DNA from: a virus
Lineage: Duplodnaviria > Caudoviricetes
IMG/VR virus record: IMGVR_UViG_3300030419_003351
Location: 1-52,864 of that record
DNA length: 52,864 bases
Reading direction: 5' to 3' (one strand)
Part shown: positions 1-10,082 of the stretch, one piece after another
Layout: each line of letters starts with the position of its first letter
How positions within the stretch are numbered: the stretch's first letter is position 1
Notes under the pieces: model-generated
Databases searched by the model: none
What the model was told of the DNA's origin: nothing
The model's input: only the letters and a program-made list of their open reading frames with translations
Program-made: the position numbers and the translations under genes

Positions 1-358
1 GCACATGCCACCTTCAATGACTACTGTGATTTCGTGATGTCTGTCCACTACCATCTCATGCTTGCTTAAAGTTAATGTTCTATTCTCATATGACATGACT
101 AACTCCAATCTCCCAATCTAAATTATCATTTTCCATTAGCTCGTTTAGATATTCGTATACATCTATGTCATCAATATCGTCACGTTCAAAGTCTAAATAT
201 ATTACTACTGTACTACTCATCTTCAAGTTCTCCTACAACATTTGCTAAAATCATAGCGATATGGGTTGGAATTGGTGCTTCAACGATCATTATGTTTAGA
301 TCACTGATAACGTCCTCAACAGTTTTGTATTCTCCTACACTACTCATCTTCAATCTCC

Positions 359-766
359 TTACCACCAAGAATTATAAACTACTGTGTAACCTTGTTTGAT
401 TGCCGCACGAGCCTCACGGATAAACTCACGGTCTTGCTCTGCGTAGTGATCGTCAGAGTTTGCACCGAAGAAGAATCCTACTGTCTCTGGTAGTGCTGAC
501 TCGTCCAAACTCTGCTCAAGACAGTCCAAGTCACTCAGTGTCAACTCTAAGTCAACACAGTTGAAGTCACTACCAAACCCAGTGTTAGTGGTGTCAGGAT
601 TGCCGTCAGGACAACCCTTCTCATGCCAAAGGTTTTCCATCCACCCTTGCAGGTTAGGATGCTTACGCCAGTAGGCTAACTCCATGCTATCTTCGTAGTA
701 AGTGTAGCCATCTTCGTCCTTTGATGGTTCGCCCTTGCGGGCTGTTGCGTATTGATCTAGTCCCAT
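359..766 (-). CDS. conserved phage hypothetical protein
   Basis: 135-aa ORF (MGLDQY...YWRKHPNLQGWM), GAGGAG RBS, own promoter at 800-827. Confidence 0.75.
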   Translation of the reverse strand: MGLDQYATARKGEPSKDEDGYTYYEDSMELAYWRKHPNLQGWMENLWHEKGCPDGNPDTTNTGFGSDFNCVDLELTLSDLDCLEQSLDESALPETVGFFFGANSDDHYAEQDREFIREARAAIKQGYTVVYNSWW

Positions 767-850
767 TTTAATTCTCCTCGTTTGGTTGGTTGTCCTTTTA
801 TTATAACATCTATCGACCCAATGTCAAGAGGTGCTTTAATAAATTTTCAA

Positions 851-1207
851 TTATTTCCTAAGTCTTCCTAGTAAATCTTTATGTTTATCAACAGGTTCTT
901 CTGTCTTATTCACAATCATCTGTTCATCTGGATAGTAGAAAACAAAATATGAATGTATAATCTTAGTGTTAGGACAGAATTGCCCCATCTCATACGTTGT
1001 TTGCCACACGTTAATTCTATATCGTTGAATGTTACCCTTCTGCCATAAAAATCCAGCACGAATCATTGATATATCTTTTAGCGTACTTAATTTACATTGT
1101 TCCTCTAAAAAATCTCTTAATATTTTATCTGGAATTTGTGGTTTTTTAGGTTCTGGTTCTGGCATTTCTGGTTGTCTCTTTTTTCGTCTTTTAGTTTTGG
1201 TCTGCAT
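851..1207 (-). CDS. hypothetical protein
   Basis: 118-aa ORF overlapping the stop of the upstream rIIA-like gene. Confidence 0.65.
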   Translation of the reverse strand: MQTKTKRRKKRQPEMPEPEPKKPQIPDKILRDFLEEQCKLSTLKDISMIRAGFLWQKGNIQRYRINVWQTTYEMGQFCPNTKIIHSYFVFYYPDEQMIVNKTEEPVDKHKDLLGRLRK

Positions 1208-3128
1208 CTCTTACACATCCTCCAATGTAGTTTGCGATTTTTGTTTGGTATTCCTTATCAGTTGAAGTCATCTCCCAGTCTGACAGGAATGTGAGCATCT
1301 CGTACTTGACGTAAAACTCGTCCATCATGTCCTGAATCATGGTGTCCTTCTCCATCTCGGCTAGAGGCTCGACACGATCCTTGTTGAGAGCAGATACCCA
1401 GTCAGCTATCTCACTGTTGCTTTGTTCCTCTACAAGTGCCACCATGTCACTGATGTCGTCATGTTGCATGTGTTCGTGCATCTTCTTGAATACACCAAAC
1501 TCACGAACATTGTAGTCGTAGTAGGTCTTGGGTGAACGTGCAATTAGCTCACGCTCGACGTAATCTGCAAAGTCGATGAAGTTACCGTCCTTGAACTGCT
1601 TGGTCTTGAGAAACGCTGACTTCAGGGCAACAACTTTTGGTACGTCGATGCCACACTTCTCCAGACGATCCAATGCTCGCATAATGTCTCTGTTGGAGTA
1701 GTACACACGCTTGCCGCCCTGTGGTTGCCAACGGCTGATCTCGACGTACACTATCTCGTCGCCATCAATACTTAGCTCGGCCTCGTCGAAGTAGTCTTTG
1801 TCTGTCCAGCCAGAGTGGTTGCGGTCAAACATAAACGTCTTGACTGTGCTACCTGCTTTGGCGTAACTCTGACGCACAACTTTTGGCAAGTCCTCTAAGT
1901 CTAGCAATACATCCTCGTCGATCAAGCACTCTTTAATCTGCTGGTCTGTCAGGATGACCATTGTTAGCTTGTTCTGGTCTTTGAGGTACTCTCTGATACG
2001 AGTCTGCATACGGTCTTTGTGGCGGTAATATTGAATATTTTCACCTACAGGCACACGATGAGATGTTGCCTTATCTGTACTACGCCAGCTACGCTGGAAG
2101 TAGGTGAACTCTTTGCTTGTCTCTGGCAGATCGTACTGCTCAAGGTCTGCCTTGACATGCTTGCCAAGATTACCTTGACGTAGACGGTTAGCAAGAACGG
2201 CCTGCTTGAACGGAGTGTCCAACTCTGCAATTTGCTGACTCGCTTCGATTGCTAATTTATCTTTTACTTCTTGGAACTTATCCTTGATGGCCTGCTTGGT
2301 CTTGTCGTCCATAGCAAGGTTCTCACGGGCTGTGTCGAAGCTCAACTCACCCAGATTAAACTTTAGGTATCCCTTAGTGTTGAACTCATCTAGCTCATCG
2401 GGAATCTTGTAGGCAATGTTTCCCATGAGAGCGTACATGCTACCCCAACCAGCGGTCAGGCCAAAGTCATCACCCTTGAAGGCATATTCCTCACGGGTTT
2501 CCTCGATGGTTTCCATGACACTCTTATCGTTGATTTTTGGTACAGTACCTTCCCAGAACCGGAACACGTTAGCCGCTTCTTCCTGCCACTCCCAAACCTT
2601 GCCCTGTACAGAGAGACTGACCTTTAGACCATTCTCGCCACCCCAACCACACTCTGACAGAAGTGCAACCACTGGCTTTCGATCCTCGTCACGGTAACAG
2701 GTGTATGTACGACAAGTCCCGTCGATATAACTTTCTACGGTAAAACTATCTGTCATGGAGTAGGGCGATAGACTGCCAATGCCAAAGCAACCAATGACCT
2801 CGTTGCTGTCACGCTTGGTACTGATACCAATACCAGCAAAGATGTTACGCACCTCGTCGTCTGTAAGTCCAGTGCCATAATCACGAATGGAAAAGTATGG
2901 CTCTAGCTGTGTGGGTAGATGCACTTCAAACGGAATGTCTGTAGTGCCAGCCATAACCTGACTGTCATGTGCATTGCAAGATAGCTCACGGATAATCGCT
3001 CGCTCTTTGTGAGAGTACACCTTGTCAGCGAACATATCTACGATAAACGCAATGTCGCCAATAGCAAAGTCAGATGTCTCGAAATCGCCGTGTACTGCTA
3101 CGTCTTGATCTTCTGTGTAAAGTTTCAT
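1191..3128 (-). CDS. rIIA-like protein (N-terminal GHKL/HATPase domain)
   Basis: GHKL motifs IRELSCNAHDS, IRDYGTGL, KRDSNEVIGCFGIG; 645 aa, T4 rIIA-like architecture. Confidence 0.8.
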   Translation of the reverse strand: MKLYTEDQDVAVHGDFETSDFAIGDIAFIVDMFADKVYSHKERAIIRELSCNAHDSQVMAGTTDIPFEVHLPTQLEPYFSIRDYGTGLTDDEVRNIFAGIGISTKRDSNEVIGCFGIGSLSPYSMTDSFTVESYIDGTCRTYTCYRDEDRKPVVALLSECGWGGENGLKVSLSVQGKVWEWQEEAANVFRFWEGTVPKINDKSVMETIEETREEYAFKGDDFGLTAGWGSMYALMGNIAYKIPDELDEFNTKGYLKFNLGELSFDTARENLAMDDKTKQAIKDKFQEVKDKLAIEASQQIAELDTPFKQAVLANRLRQGNLGKHVKADLEQYDLPETSKEFTYFQRSWRSTDKATSHRVPVGENIQYYRHKDRMQTRIREYLKDQNKLTMVILTDQQIKECLIDEDVLLDLEDLPKVVRQSYAKAGSTVKTFMFDRNHSGWTDKDYFDEAELSIDGDEIVYVEISRWQPQGGKRVYYSNRDIMRALDRLEKCGIDVPKVVALKSAFLKTKQFKDGNFIDFADYVERELIARSPKTYYDYNVREFGVFKKMHEHMQHDDISDMVALVEEQSNSEIADWVSALNKDRVEPLAEMEKDTMIQDMMDEFYVKYEMLTFLSDWEMTSTDKEYQTKIANYIGGCVRDADQN

Positions 3129-3211
3129 GTCCTAATCTCCTGTGGTTGGTTGGTTTTGCCCGTCGATTGGGCGATACTTCGATTATACCATAGTTATCGG
3201 TATTGTCAAGT

Positions 3212-3712
3212 CTAAACTTTATATTTTTTTATTTTTTTTCCTGTCGGTGCTAAATCTATATTTCTTTCACAGTCATCGTAGTAATATATCTTGTCATAAG
3301 ATTCCATGATAGAAAGTAAAACTTTTCTTTTGTTCTTTGCTATACTTTCTTTATCTCCACCAACACAGAACACTGTCTTTGTCTTTATATTATACTCACT
3401 TAACCATAGATTGATCGAATCTGATACATCATTCTCTCTAGCTGTAAGTATGTAGACACTATGTCCCTCCGCATGTACCTCTTTAGCGAGGTCTATCAGG
3501 AACGTAGGCTTGGCAGTTCTAATAAACTCAGAATTTCTAAATTCATCAAAGTTAAAGTATTCAAAATCTCCTAGTCTATACGAATTAAATTCTTGTGGTG
3601 TAATTTTAGCTACGAGTTTATCATGAGGCGTATGTCTCTCATATACATTGATCTTGCATGTGGTTTTAGCAAGTGTATCGTCAAAGTCAAATACAAACGC
3701 CTTTTCCATCAA
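3212..3712 (-). CDS. HAD-superfamily phosphatase
   Basis: Motif I FDFDDT, motif II ILTAR, C-terminal YYDD. Confidence 0.75.
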   Translation of the reverse strand: MMEKAFVFDFDDTLAKTTCKINVYERHTPHDKLVAKITPQEFNSYRLGDFEYFNFDEFRNSEFIRTAKPTFLIDLAKEVHAEGHSVYILTARENDVSDSINLWLSEYNIKTKTVFCVGGDKESIAKNKRKVLLSIMESYDKIYYYDDCERNIDLAPTGKKIKKYKV

Positions 3713-3942
3713 TCACAGTCCTCGCAAATTGGTGCGAACAAGACTAAATATCCAACCACAATGGCTGATGCTATCCATCCTCCTATAATTATATTTAACA
3801 CTCGATCTCCTCGATTAACATTAGCTGATTAACTTGATCTATTTCAATTATCTCATAGGAATGAACACCAACCGTGATGATGTCTCCTATATCATAACCA
3901 TCTCTTAGACCGTAGTAATATCTTACTGGTTCGCACATTTTT

Positions 3943-4140
3943 CTAAATCGTAAAGGTATTGTCTAACCTACTCCAGAACTCCCTATCAATATACTTGGAT
4001 AGCTCCAGAGAAATATCTTCTACTGTCCAATCTTTAGCCATCTCAAACTTATCCAGATCATCAAAGTCTTCTGTCTCTGGGTTTTCCGATATGGTTTCGA
4101 GATTCAATCTCATAGCGTGTTTAATCTTTTCCTCAAACAT
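3943..4140 (-). CDS. hypothetical protein
   Basis: 65-aa acidic ORF coupled to the upstream gene. Confidence 0.55.
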   Translation of the reverse strand: MFEEKIKHAMRLNLETISENPETEDFDDLDKFEMAKDWTVEDISLELSKYIDREFWSRLDNTFTI

Positions 4141-4552
4141 TGTTTAATCCCACTTCCTTTTTTAATTTGGCGACATCCTCTATGGAAAAGTCAATAGCTA
4201 AATCCCATATTTCTTCAACGTAAGAAGCTCTCCAGAAAATATCGTATGTTTCCGTAGGTGAGTCACCCCAACTCATACCTCCTGTAACAAGAATTTCGTA
4301 CTCTTTTCCTTCGGGAGTATAGGCTGTATCTGGAGCTACTTCTCTACCATATGCGGAACCGTTGGCTTCCACTACCGAATCAAGTAAGGACTGCTTAATA
4401 TAGTTTTCATCTTCGTCATCAAAAAATAAATCCTCACGGAGTTCCTCATACTGCTCCTGCGAAATATTATCAATAGTTTCTCTAAATTTTGTCTCACGCT
4501 CGCTAGTCATAGTAAACGAGGGAAACTTCTGCATCGTAAAATCAGCACCCAT
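4133..4552 (-). CDS. hypothetical protein
   Basis: Start MGADF after GGAG RBS; promoter at 4592-4619. Confidence 0.65.
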   Translation of the reverse strand: MGADFTMQKFPSFTMTSERETKFRETIDNISQEQYEELREDLFFDDEDENYIKQSLLDSVVEANGSAYGREVAPDTAYTPEGKEYEILVTGGMSWGDSPTETYDIFWRASYVEEIWDLAIDFSIEDVAKLKKEVGLNNV

Positions 4553-4727
4553 ATCATTCTCCAAAAAGTGTTAGTCGGCGGTTATACTTTAATTATATAG
4601 TATATATCGTCAATGTCAAGTCAAAAGTTTAGAAAAAAAAGAAAAAATCGCAACATAAGTCAAGAATAATACTATGGCTGATAAGAATGGTATTTGAACC
4701 ACTATAAAAAACGATAAAACAAAGATG

Positions 4728-4931
4728 TCATGCTTCGTCATTTGCATCCTCTATTTTCTGCAACGTCATCATTATCAAGGCAAGATCATCTATTGCTTGA
4801 TTATACTGCTTATCAGACCATCCCCATACTCTTTTTTGCACCTCATACAATGCCGTTCCTTCCGATCTATCTAGCATGTCTAGTGCTATTTGGAGAGAAC
4901 GAATTATATCCTTATTTTCACGCTTCTTCAC
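4728..4931 (-). CDS. hypothetical protein
   Basis: 67-aa ORF in the minus-strand run downstream of promoter 5121-5149. Confidence 0.5.
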   Translation of the reverse strand: MKKRENKDIIRSLQIALDMLDRSEGTALYEVQKRVWGWSDKQYNQAIDDLALIMMTLQKIEDANDEA

Positions 4932-5157
4932 CCAATAATTCCTTGTATCTACTATTTAACCGTATAATCTGTTTTTCTGCCTCCTCCGCTTCAGACTTGG
5001 CAAAAGCGTCATTCATAACCCTTTCAAAATAACGAATTGCTAGGTCGATCTGTTCCATTTCGTACTCTTTTGTGATTTTAGGCATCCGATAACTCCTTGT
5101 TAAAAAGTAAACCGATACTGATTATAAACTATGTTTCGTCTATTGTCAATGGGAAGT

Positions 5158-5535
5158 TTAGTGTTTTTTTAGGATTTTCAATAGTTGTTCTTTGCTTTGC
5201 CCTCCAGTATACCGATCCGTAACTTTCTCATCTTTTTCAAATATAATTGTAGGAATATATTTTATCTTATATTTTTCCTTTTCTTTTTTATCTTCATCTA
5301 CATCATAATACACTACATCAAATCTGCTAAGTTCTGCCTTAACTTCCTTGCTCTGAAGATTCCTCTTTGTTATCTTACAAGGAGTACACCAAGTTGCCCC
5401 AAAATATAGAAGCCGTGTTTTTTTGCTCTCGTCTTGAGATGCCTCCAATTTAATTACAGTAACTTCTCTGTGGTTCTGTATATTAGTTAAGGAACAGAAC
5501 ATTAAAAAACCAACACAAAATAAAAAACCTTTCAT
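5158..5535 (-). CDS. thioredoxin-family protein with N-terminal signal/anchor
   Basis: WCTPC active site, cis-Pro motif IPT, hydrophobic N-terminus. Confidence 0.8.
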   Translation of the reverse strand: MKGFLFCVGFLMFCSLTNIQNHREVTVIKLEASQDESKKTRLLYFGATWCTPCKITKRNLQSKEVKAELSRFDVVYYDVDEDKKEKEKYKIKYIPTIIFEKDEKVTDRYTGGQSKEQLLKILKKH

Positions 5536-5577
5536 AGCCTCGCTCCGTGTAAAATATCAGGACAATATTTATACACA

Positions 5578-5790
5578 TTACTCGTCGTAGTAGTTTAAGT
5601 TCGTATTCCTTGAATGTGGATTTGGAAGCATACTATTTGATCTTACGAGTCTGGTCATCCATAGCTCATAGCACTTGGCACACTTAACTATATGGCCTTT
5701 ATTAGTAGAAATTTTGTAATAGTCAGTCGTTTTCTCATCACAGTCTATACAGATAAGAACCTCTTTCTTTTTTTTATCTTTTTTCTCCAT
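5578..5790 (-). CDS. small Zn-ribbon-like protein
   Basis: CIDC...CAKC motif pair. Confidence 0.55.
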   Translation of the reverse strand: MEKKDKKKKEVLICIDCDEKTTDYYKISTNKGHIVKCAKCYELWMTRLVRSNSMLPNPHSRNTNLNYYDE

Positions 5791-5960
5791 AAAAAACTTT
5801 TTTCTCCTTTTTTGTTTAGAATAGGGGTTTTTATTTCATTGTATAATAGACTCTAAGGGACTCATATTGCACAGTATTTTGAACCTTTTAGTAATATATA
5901 ACAGCACCAAATAGGTAAGACATTACATTAAGAAATAACCTTAAAAATATGGGGTTTTAC

Positions 5961-5989
5961 TTGACAAATACCTTTTAATACTATACAAT
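5961..5989 (+). promoter_or_regulatory. sigma70-type promoter
   Basis: TTGACA-N17-TACAAT in the AT-rich divergent intergenic region. Confidence 0.55.
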
Positions 5990-6309
5990 ATATATATAAC
6001 AACACATACAAAAACAATCAAGTTTAGATAGGACATTTACCGATATAGAATTTAGAGTTTAACCTCGTATACCCGCAATAAGTAATTAATGGGTCATTTC
6101 CCCACAAAGTTGTGTCTAAAAGATAATATAATGGGACAAAAAGGGAAGAAGTTAAATCTTTGTTGAGCCATTTGGGACATTTTTAGATAATATAAGGTGT
6201 ATATCCAACGGGTTCAATGGCCTTACGGCCTTAAAGCAAGAATATTAAATATAAATTAAAGTTTAGGTTAGACTAATTGTCCTACTCAAACCCCAAAAGG
6301 TAAATTAAA

Positions 6310-6708
6310 ATGCCAATACAAATAGATTCCGAACTTTTCCTGCCCAAAATTCATAAGAAGTGTGATTCTAGAATGATGGGAAACGAGAGTAAGAGATTAT
6401 CAAGTGCGGTATTAGAAATTGCACAGGGATGGTTTGATGATCCTCCATTTAAGCGTAACAAAGAAATAGATACTCAGGTCGAATGTAGAATAGACTTAAA
6501 GTATTATATACTTGAGAAGATAAAACTAAAAGATAGAAAAAGTAAATTTTTTATTCCAACTTTTGTCTGGGTATTCATCGCCCAACAAGTAATAAGTTAT
6601 ATTGTAAAGTTACTAATTGAACATTATTGGACTCATAGGGGAGCAGATGGAACATTAAATCTTCATGAGCAAATTCTATCTGAGATACATGACGTTGATA
6701 TTGAATGA
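6310..6708 (+). CDS. hypothetical protein, possible single membrane helix
   Basis: 132 aa, AAGG RBS, hydrophobic stretch FFIPTFVWVFIA. Confidence 0.6.
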   Translation: MPIQIDSELFLPKIHKKCDSRMMGNESKRLSSAVLEIAQGWFDDPPFKRNKEIDTQVECRIDLKYYILEKIKLKDRKSKFFIPTFVWVFIAQQVISYIVKLLIEHYWTHRGADGTLNLHEQILSEIHDVDIE

Positions 6709-6764
6709 ATAGATAATGTGTATAGTCCTTCATAGCAAGATAAATTCTATGGGGGGCGGCACAC

Positions 6765-7133
6765 ATGAAGTTATTTTCTTCAATAAAGAAATATCTAACA
6801 GATATGAGAACAGTAAAGTATGATAAATTTATATTATTAGGTTTTATTTGGATTTGGTTAGTTAGTATGCTAGACCATTATGCCACAATAAAATTACAGC
6901 AAACAATATTAGAAGAAGAAAGGAATCCTCTTGGTTCTTTTTTAATCAATATTGACTCTGGTTCTGTCGCTCTATTCATGACAGTTAAAATGATGTGCCT
7001 ATGGTTTATTGCCTGTATCATATTATCTATATATCAGGAAAACAAAATTAAATCATATCTTTGTATAGTTGCATTAGGTATATGCCAACTTCTCTTACTC
7101 TTTTACTTTATGTGGGGACACCATCTGCTATAA
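6765..7133 (+). CDS. membrane protein (3 predicted TM helices)
   Basis: TM segments flanking an E-x-NP motif; preceded by TGTGTATAG. Confidence 0.65.
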   Translation: MKLFSSIKKYLTDMRTVKYDKFILLGFIWIWLVSMLDHYATIKLQQTILEEERNPLGSFLINIDSGSVALFMTVKMMCLWFIACIILSIYQENKIKSYLCIVALGICQLLLLFYFMWGHHLL

Positions 7134-7140
7134 ATCTCAA

Positions 7141-7310
7141 AATGGCTGACTCCACTCAATGGCACGACTCTTAGAGTATAAGGTACGACAATGATACCAA
7201 AGTCGCTGACTGTCTCTCATGGCCCGACTCTTTATAGATAAGATACGACATACTTACCAAAGTCGCTGACTACCAGCATTGGGGCGAGTCGGGAGACATT
7301 AGATATGACA
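7141..7310. repeat. three imperfect tandem 60-bp repeats built from ~20-bp GAC-centred subunits
   Basis: Rows 7141, 7201 and 7261 align column for column (GCTGACT...GG..CGA(C/G)TC...AG.TA(C/T)GACA); related unit at 7635-7713. Confidence 0.8.
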
Positions 7311-7379
7311 ATATATAGTAATTATATATGTACATAAAGAAAGCCCATACATCAGAGGATGCAGGGCTATTCGAGGCCA

Positions 7380-7544
7380 TTAGCCTTTAACAGTAGTTTC
7401 TATCCAGTAGTGATCTTCGCCAAGAGTATTAACTAAATCTTCAGCATCAGATTGTTCGTAATAAATCTCTACTAGATCATCATTCTTATTTAATACTACA
7501 TAAACATAATTGTGTGATGGTGGTGGTTGGTTTTCATATACCAT
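7380..7544 (-). CDS. small hypothetical protein (54 aa, MVYENQPPP...)
   Basis: AGGAG RBS and promoter 7579-7607; below the ORF-track cutoff. Confidence 0.6.
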   Translation of the reverse strand: MVYENQPPPSHNYVYVVLNKNDDLVEIYYEQSDAEDLVNTLGEDHYWIETTVKG

Positions 7545-7809
7545 ATCATACTCCTAAGTGTGGTTGGTTTATATGTTAATTATACTATATACATCGTCAT
7601 TTGTCAACCCTTAACTTTAATAAAAATCCAAAATTGGCTGACTGGTGCTTATGGGGTGCGACTCTTTATTATTTAGGCACGACAAATTGGCTGACTCTAG
7701 GAAGTGGCTGACTCTAAGGCAATACCTAACTGCTCTGAAAAGAAGGGAAGAGACAAGAACAGGGAGGATGACGGAGGGGGAAGTTGCGGCGGTAAAAGCG
7801 AAAAAATAT

Positions 7810-7824
7810 TGGCACGTTGTTTGC
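7810..7824 (+). promoter_or_regulatory. sigma54 (-24/-12) consensus site
   Basis: TGGCACG-TTGT-TTGC. Confidence 0.5.
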
Positions 7825-8010
7825 GGGGGACAATTTTGTAGGCCGCCCGCATTTGCGGGTTTGTCAACCCCTATTCCCTAAAAACTTCAGAAAAAATACC
7901 AATAAAAAGAGCGACAATAAAAAGTAGAAGAAAAAACATATTTCACCCCATAAATAAAAAACCCCACCGGTAGACAAGTCCACCGGCAGGGATCTCGAAA
8001 GGGGTACTGA

Positions 8011-8937
8011 TTAAGCGGCCAATTCCAGTGCGAGCCTTTCAGCGTCCCGCACTTCTTTGGAATTAGAAGCCCGAAGGATTCTATCAAAGTCACCCTTGAA
8101 ACCTTCTTTGGCTTGTGCATCATGCTGGACAAATCCCTGAATGGCGTTATACGCTTCCCAAGCGGAAACAGTTTCAACCATAGCAGGACGGCCAGTGATG
8201 TTACGCTCTTTATTGAGACGCTTCCAGATTGCCTCAGTACGATTTTGGTGAGTCGTCACCGCCCGTACTGCTTGACCAGTTGCGGCTAACGCAAGCTGTT
8301 CTGGACTTGGTTGACCGTAAATCTGATTAAGAAAATCAGTCATGCGAACCTCAGTGGATTCGAGACGGTCAATAACGTCGGTCAGAGTTGACCAGCTATT
8401 TTTGAGAGTCTCAAACGTAGCGATTAATTCGTCCATGTTGGAACGCAAGCCGGAAGTGTGACGAATGGAAACGGTTGTACCGTTGACCATACGCATCATA
8501 GCAAGATTGCTACACGCATCACGGAAATAGCCCATAGTAGCGGTAAACGCTTTACCATCATAACCGGCGTTAATCATCACGCGAGGCCATACGTTATCCG
8601 TATCACGATCCTTATAGATCGACCGTCGCTGTTCAGCGGTCGGTTGAATAGAAACGTAATGCCCATTTCGGAAGTGAGTATTGCAAGCGATCTCACCGTC
8701 AAACGCTTCGCCAGCGGCATCGACTAACGCACAAACGTCATCAGTCGTATGGGGAACGTAGCGAGGTGAAACGGATTTCACGCCCTTGAGATAACCCGTA
8801 TCAGAACGGAACAAACCGTACTGATCGGTTGGCAAAACCTCCGTACCCATGACGGCGGATAGCGGATATTTTTCAACGTCGAAATTGAAGTCAGAACGAA
8901 CGGAAGCGGAAACGTCTTGTGCTTGAATGTTACTCAT
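8011..8937 (-). CDS. DUF932/DUF945-like phage protein
   Basis: LFRSDTG..L..VS.RY, N.YDG, RxxCxN (RDACSN), IRHT, SAWEAYNA motifs; start placed after GAAAGG RBS. Confidence 0.7.
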   Translation of the reverse strand: MSNIQAQDVSASVRSDFNFDVEKYPLSAVMGTEVLPTDQYGLFRSDTGYLKGVKSVSPRYVPHTTDDVCALVDAAGEAFDGEIACNTHFRNGHYVSIQPTAEQRRSIYKDRDTDNVWPRVMINAGYDGKAFTATMGYFRDACSNLAMMRMVNGTTVSIRHTSGLRSNMDELIATFETLKNSWSTLTDVIDRLESTEVRMTDFLNQIYGQPSPEQLALAATGQAVRAVTTHQNRTEAIWKRLNKERNITGRPAMVETVSAWEAYNAIQGFVQHDAQAKEGFKGDFDRILRASNSKEVRDAERLALELAA

Positions 8938-9118
8938 AGTAAACCCTTTCAAAATTGTGAAACTAAATCTTACACTCTCATTATACTATATATCGGCTAG
9001 ATGTCAAGCGATTCTTTAATCTTTTTTGGACTTTTTTTATTTTGGACTTTTTTGGCCGATTGTAGATTTTTCCTATTGACAAACCGGATTTTGCGGGCAG
9101 CCCCCAAAATATTTCCAA

Positions 9119-9251
9119 GGTCAACCGGCGACCCTCATGTTGGCGATGAGAGATCATTTATCTCCTGTTATCCCGCCGCCCTCTCTCACCTTACAGTTTA
9201 CCGCTGTTAGCGTAAGCGACGGGCAGGCAACCAACATAAAGGTCAACCGGC
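9119..9251 (-). ncRNA. candidate multibranched structured RNA
   Basis: 14-bp closing stem 9130-9143/9231-9244 plus inner stems; imperfect pairs are G-U only on the minus strand. Confidence 0.5.
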
Positions 9252-9268
9252 ATCTCTTGAAAGGAATA

Positions 9269-9499
9269 CTAGTCCTCGTGAGGCATCGTGCAATATACCT
9301 CGTAAGGTGTAGCGGCATAGGTCATTTGTGAATGGTCATCTTCCCACCATCCTACAAAGCCCTTTACCCCACCGGCAGAAGCAACTTCAAAACAGGCGAT
9401 GCGGTCGTTCGTTTGCTCCGCTAATTTACAGGTGCCTTCTTGACGAATCATTTTTTTTACAAAGCTATTAAATCTAGTAATACTTCCTACTTCGTCCAT
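9269..9499 (-). CDS. hypothetical protein
   Basis: 76-aa ORF with RBS, in operon with 9509..9976. Confidence 0.6.
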   Translation of the reverse strand: MDEVGSITRFNSFVKKMIRQEGTCKLAEQTNDRIACFEVASAGGVKGFVGWWEDDHSQMTYAATPYEVYCTMPHED

Positions 9500-9508
9500 G
9501 ATAATCCC

Positions 9509-9976
9509 CTAATGAAAAAATGGTGGTTTGTGACTGAAGGCCAACACCCTATTGTCAAGGATTGACAAGTCGGCATAGTCAGCGTTCTCTATTGGGCTTG
9601 CGTCATACTGCTTGATGAAGGTGTCGCAGGTGTATGGGTTGTAGTAGACTTGCTCCCATCGTGTTTCACCGTTTTCGATTTGCTGATCAGTGAGATGACC
9701 GTCAACCTTTTGGTCGGTCGTACGAGTATCAACCACATAGCCCTCAACAAACGCATGTACGTTCTTCTTCTGTTCATCCCTGACTCTCCTTTGTCCAGCC
9801 TTGGACACAATGAATTGACAACTTCTTAATGTAACATTTTCTGCATGACAGCGAACGATGCCGCCTTGCTTTACACTGTAGCAATCCCGATGCAGATTAC
9901 GATATACTCGCACCTTCTTTGTGGTGTCGATATGCTCTGCAATCTCAAAGCTCTTTTGTGTGCGTGGTTTCTTCAT
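9509..9976 (-). CDS. conserved phage hypothetical protein
   Basis: VYRNLH..CYSV, KNVHAFVEG, YNPY motifs; AAAGGA RBS; promoter 10003-10030. Confidence 0.75.
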   Translation of the reverse strand: MKKPRTQKSFEIAEHIDTTKKVRVYRNLHRDCYSVKQGGIVRCHAENVTLRSCQFIVSKAGQRRVRDEQKKNVHAFVEGYVVDTRTTDQKVDGHLTDQQIENGETRWEQVYYNPYTCDTFIKQYDASPIENADYADLSILDNRVLAFSHKPPFFH

Positions 9977-10082
9977 AACTTTTCCTTTCGTGTTATACTA
10001 CCATTATAATATATATATCGTCATTGTCAAATAAAATCTTCACATAAAACCATGTTTTTTGCCGGATTAATCTAAAAAGTTT

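Noticed and set aside
7141-7310. CRISPR mini-array
   Set aside because: Conservation is spread in short cores across the whole 60-bp unit; there is no constant repeat with unique spacers and no cas gene in the window
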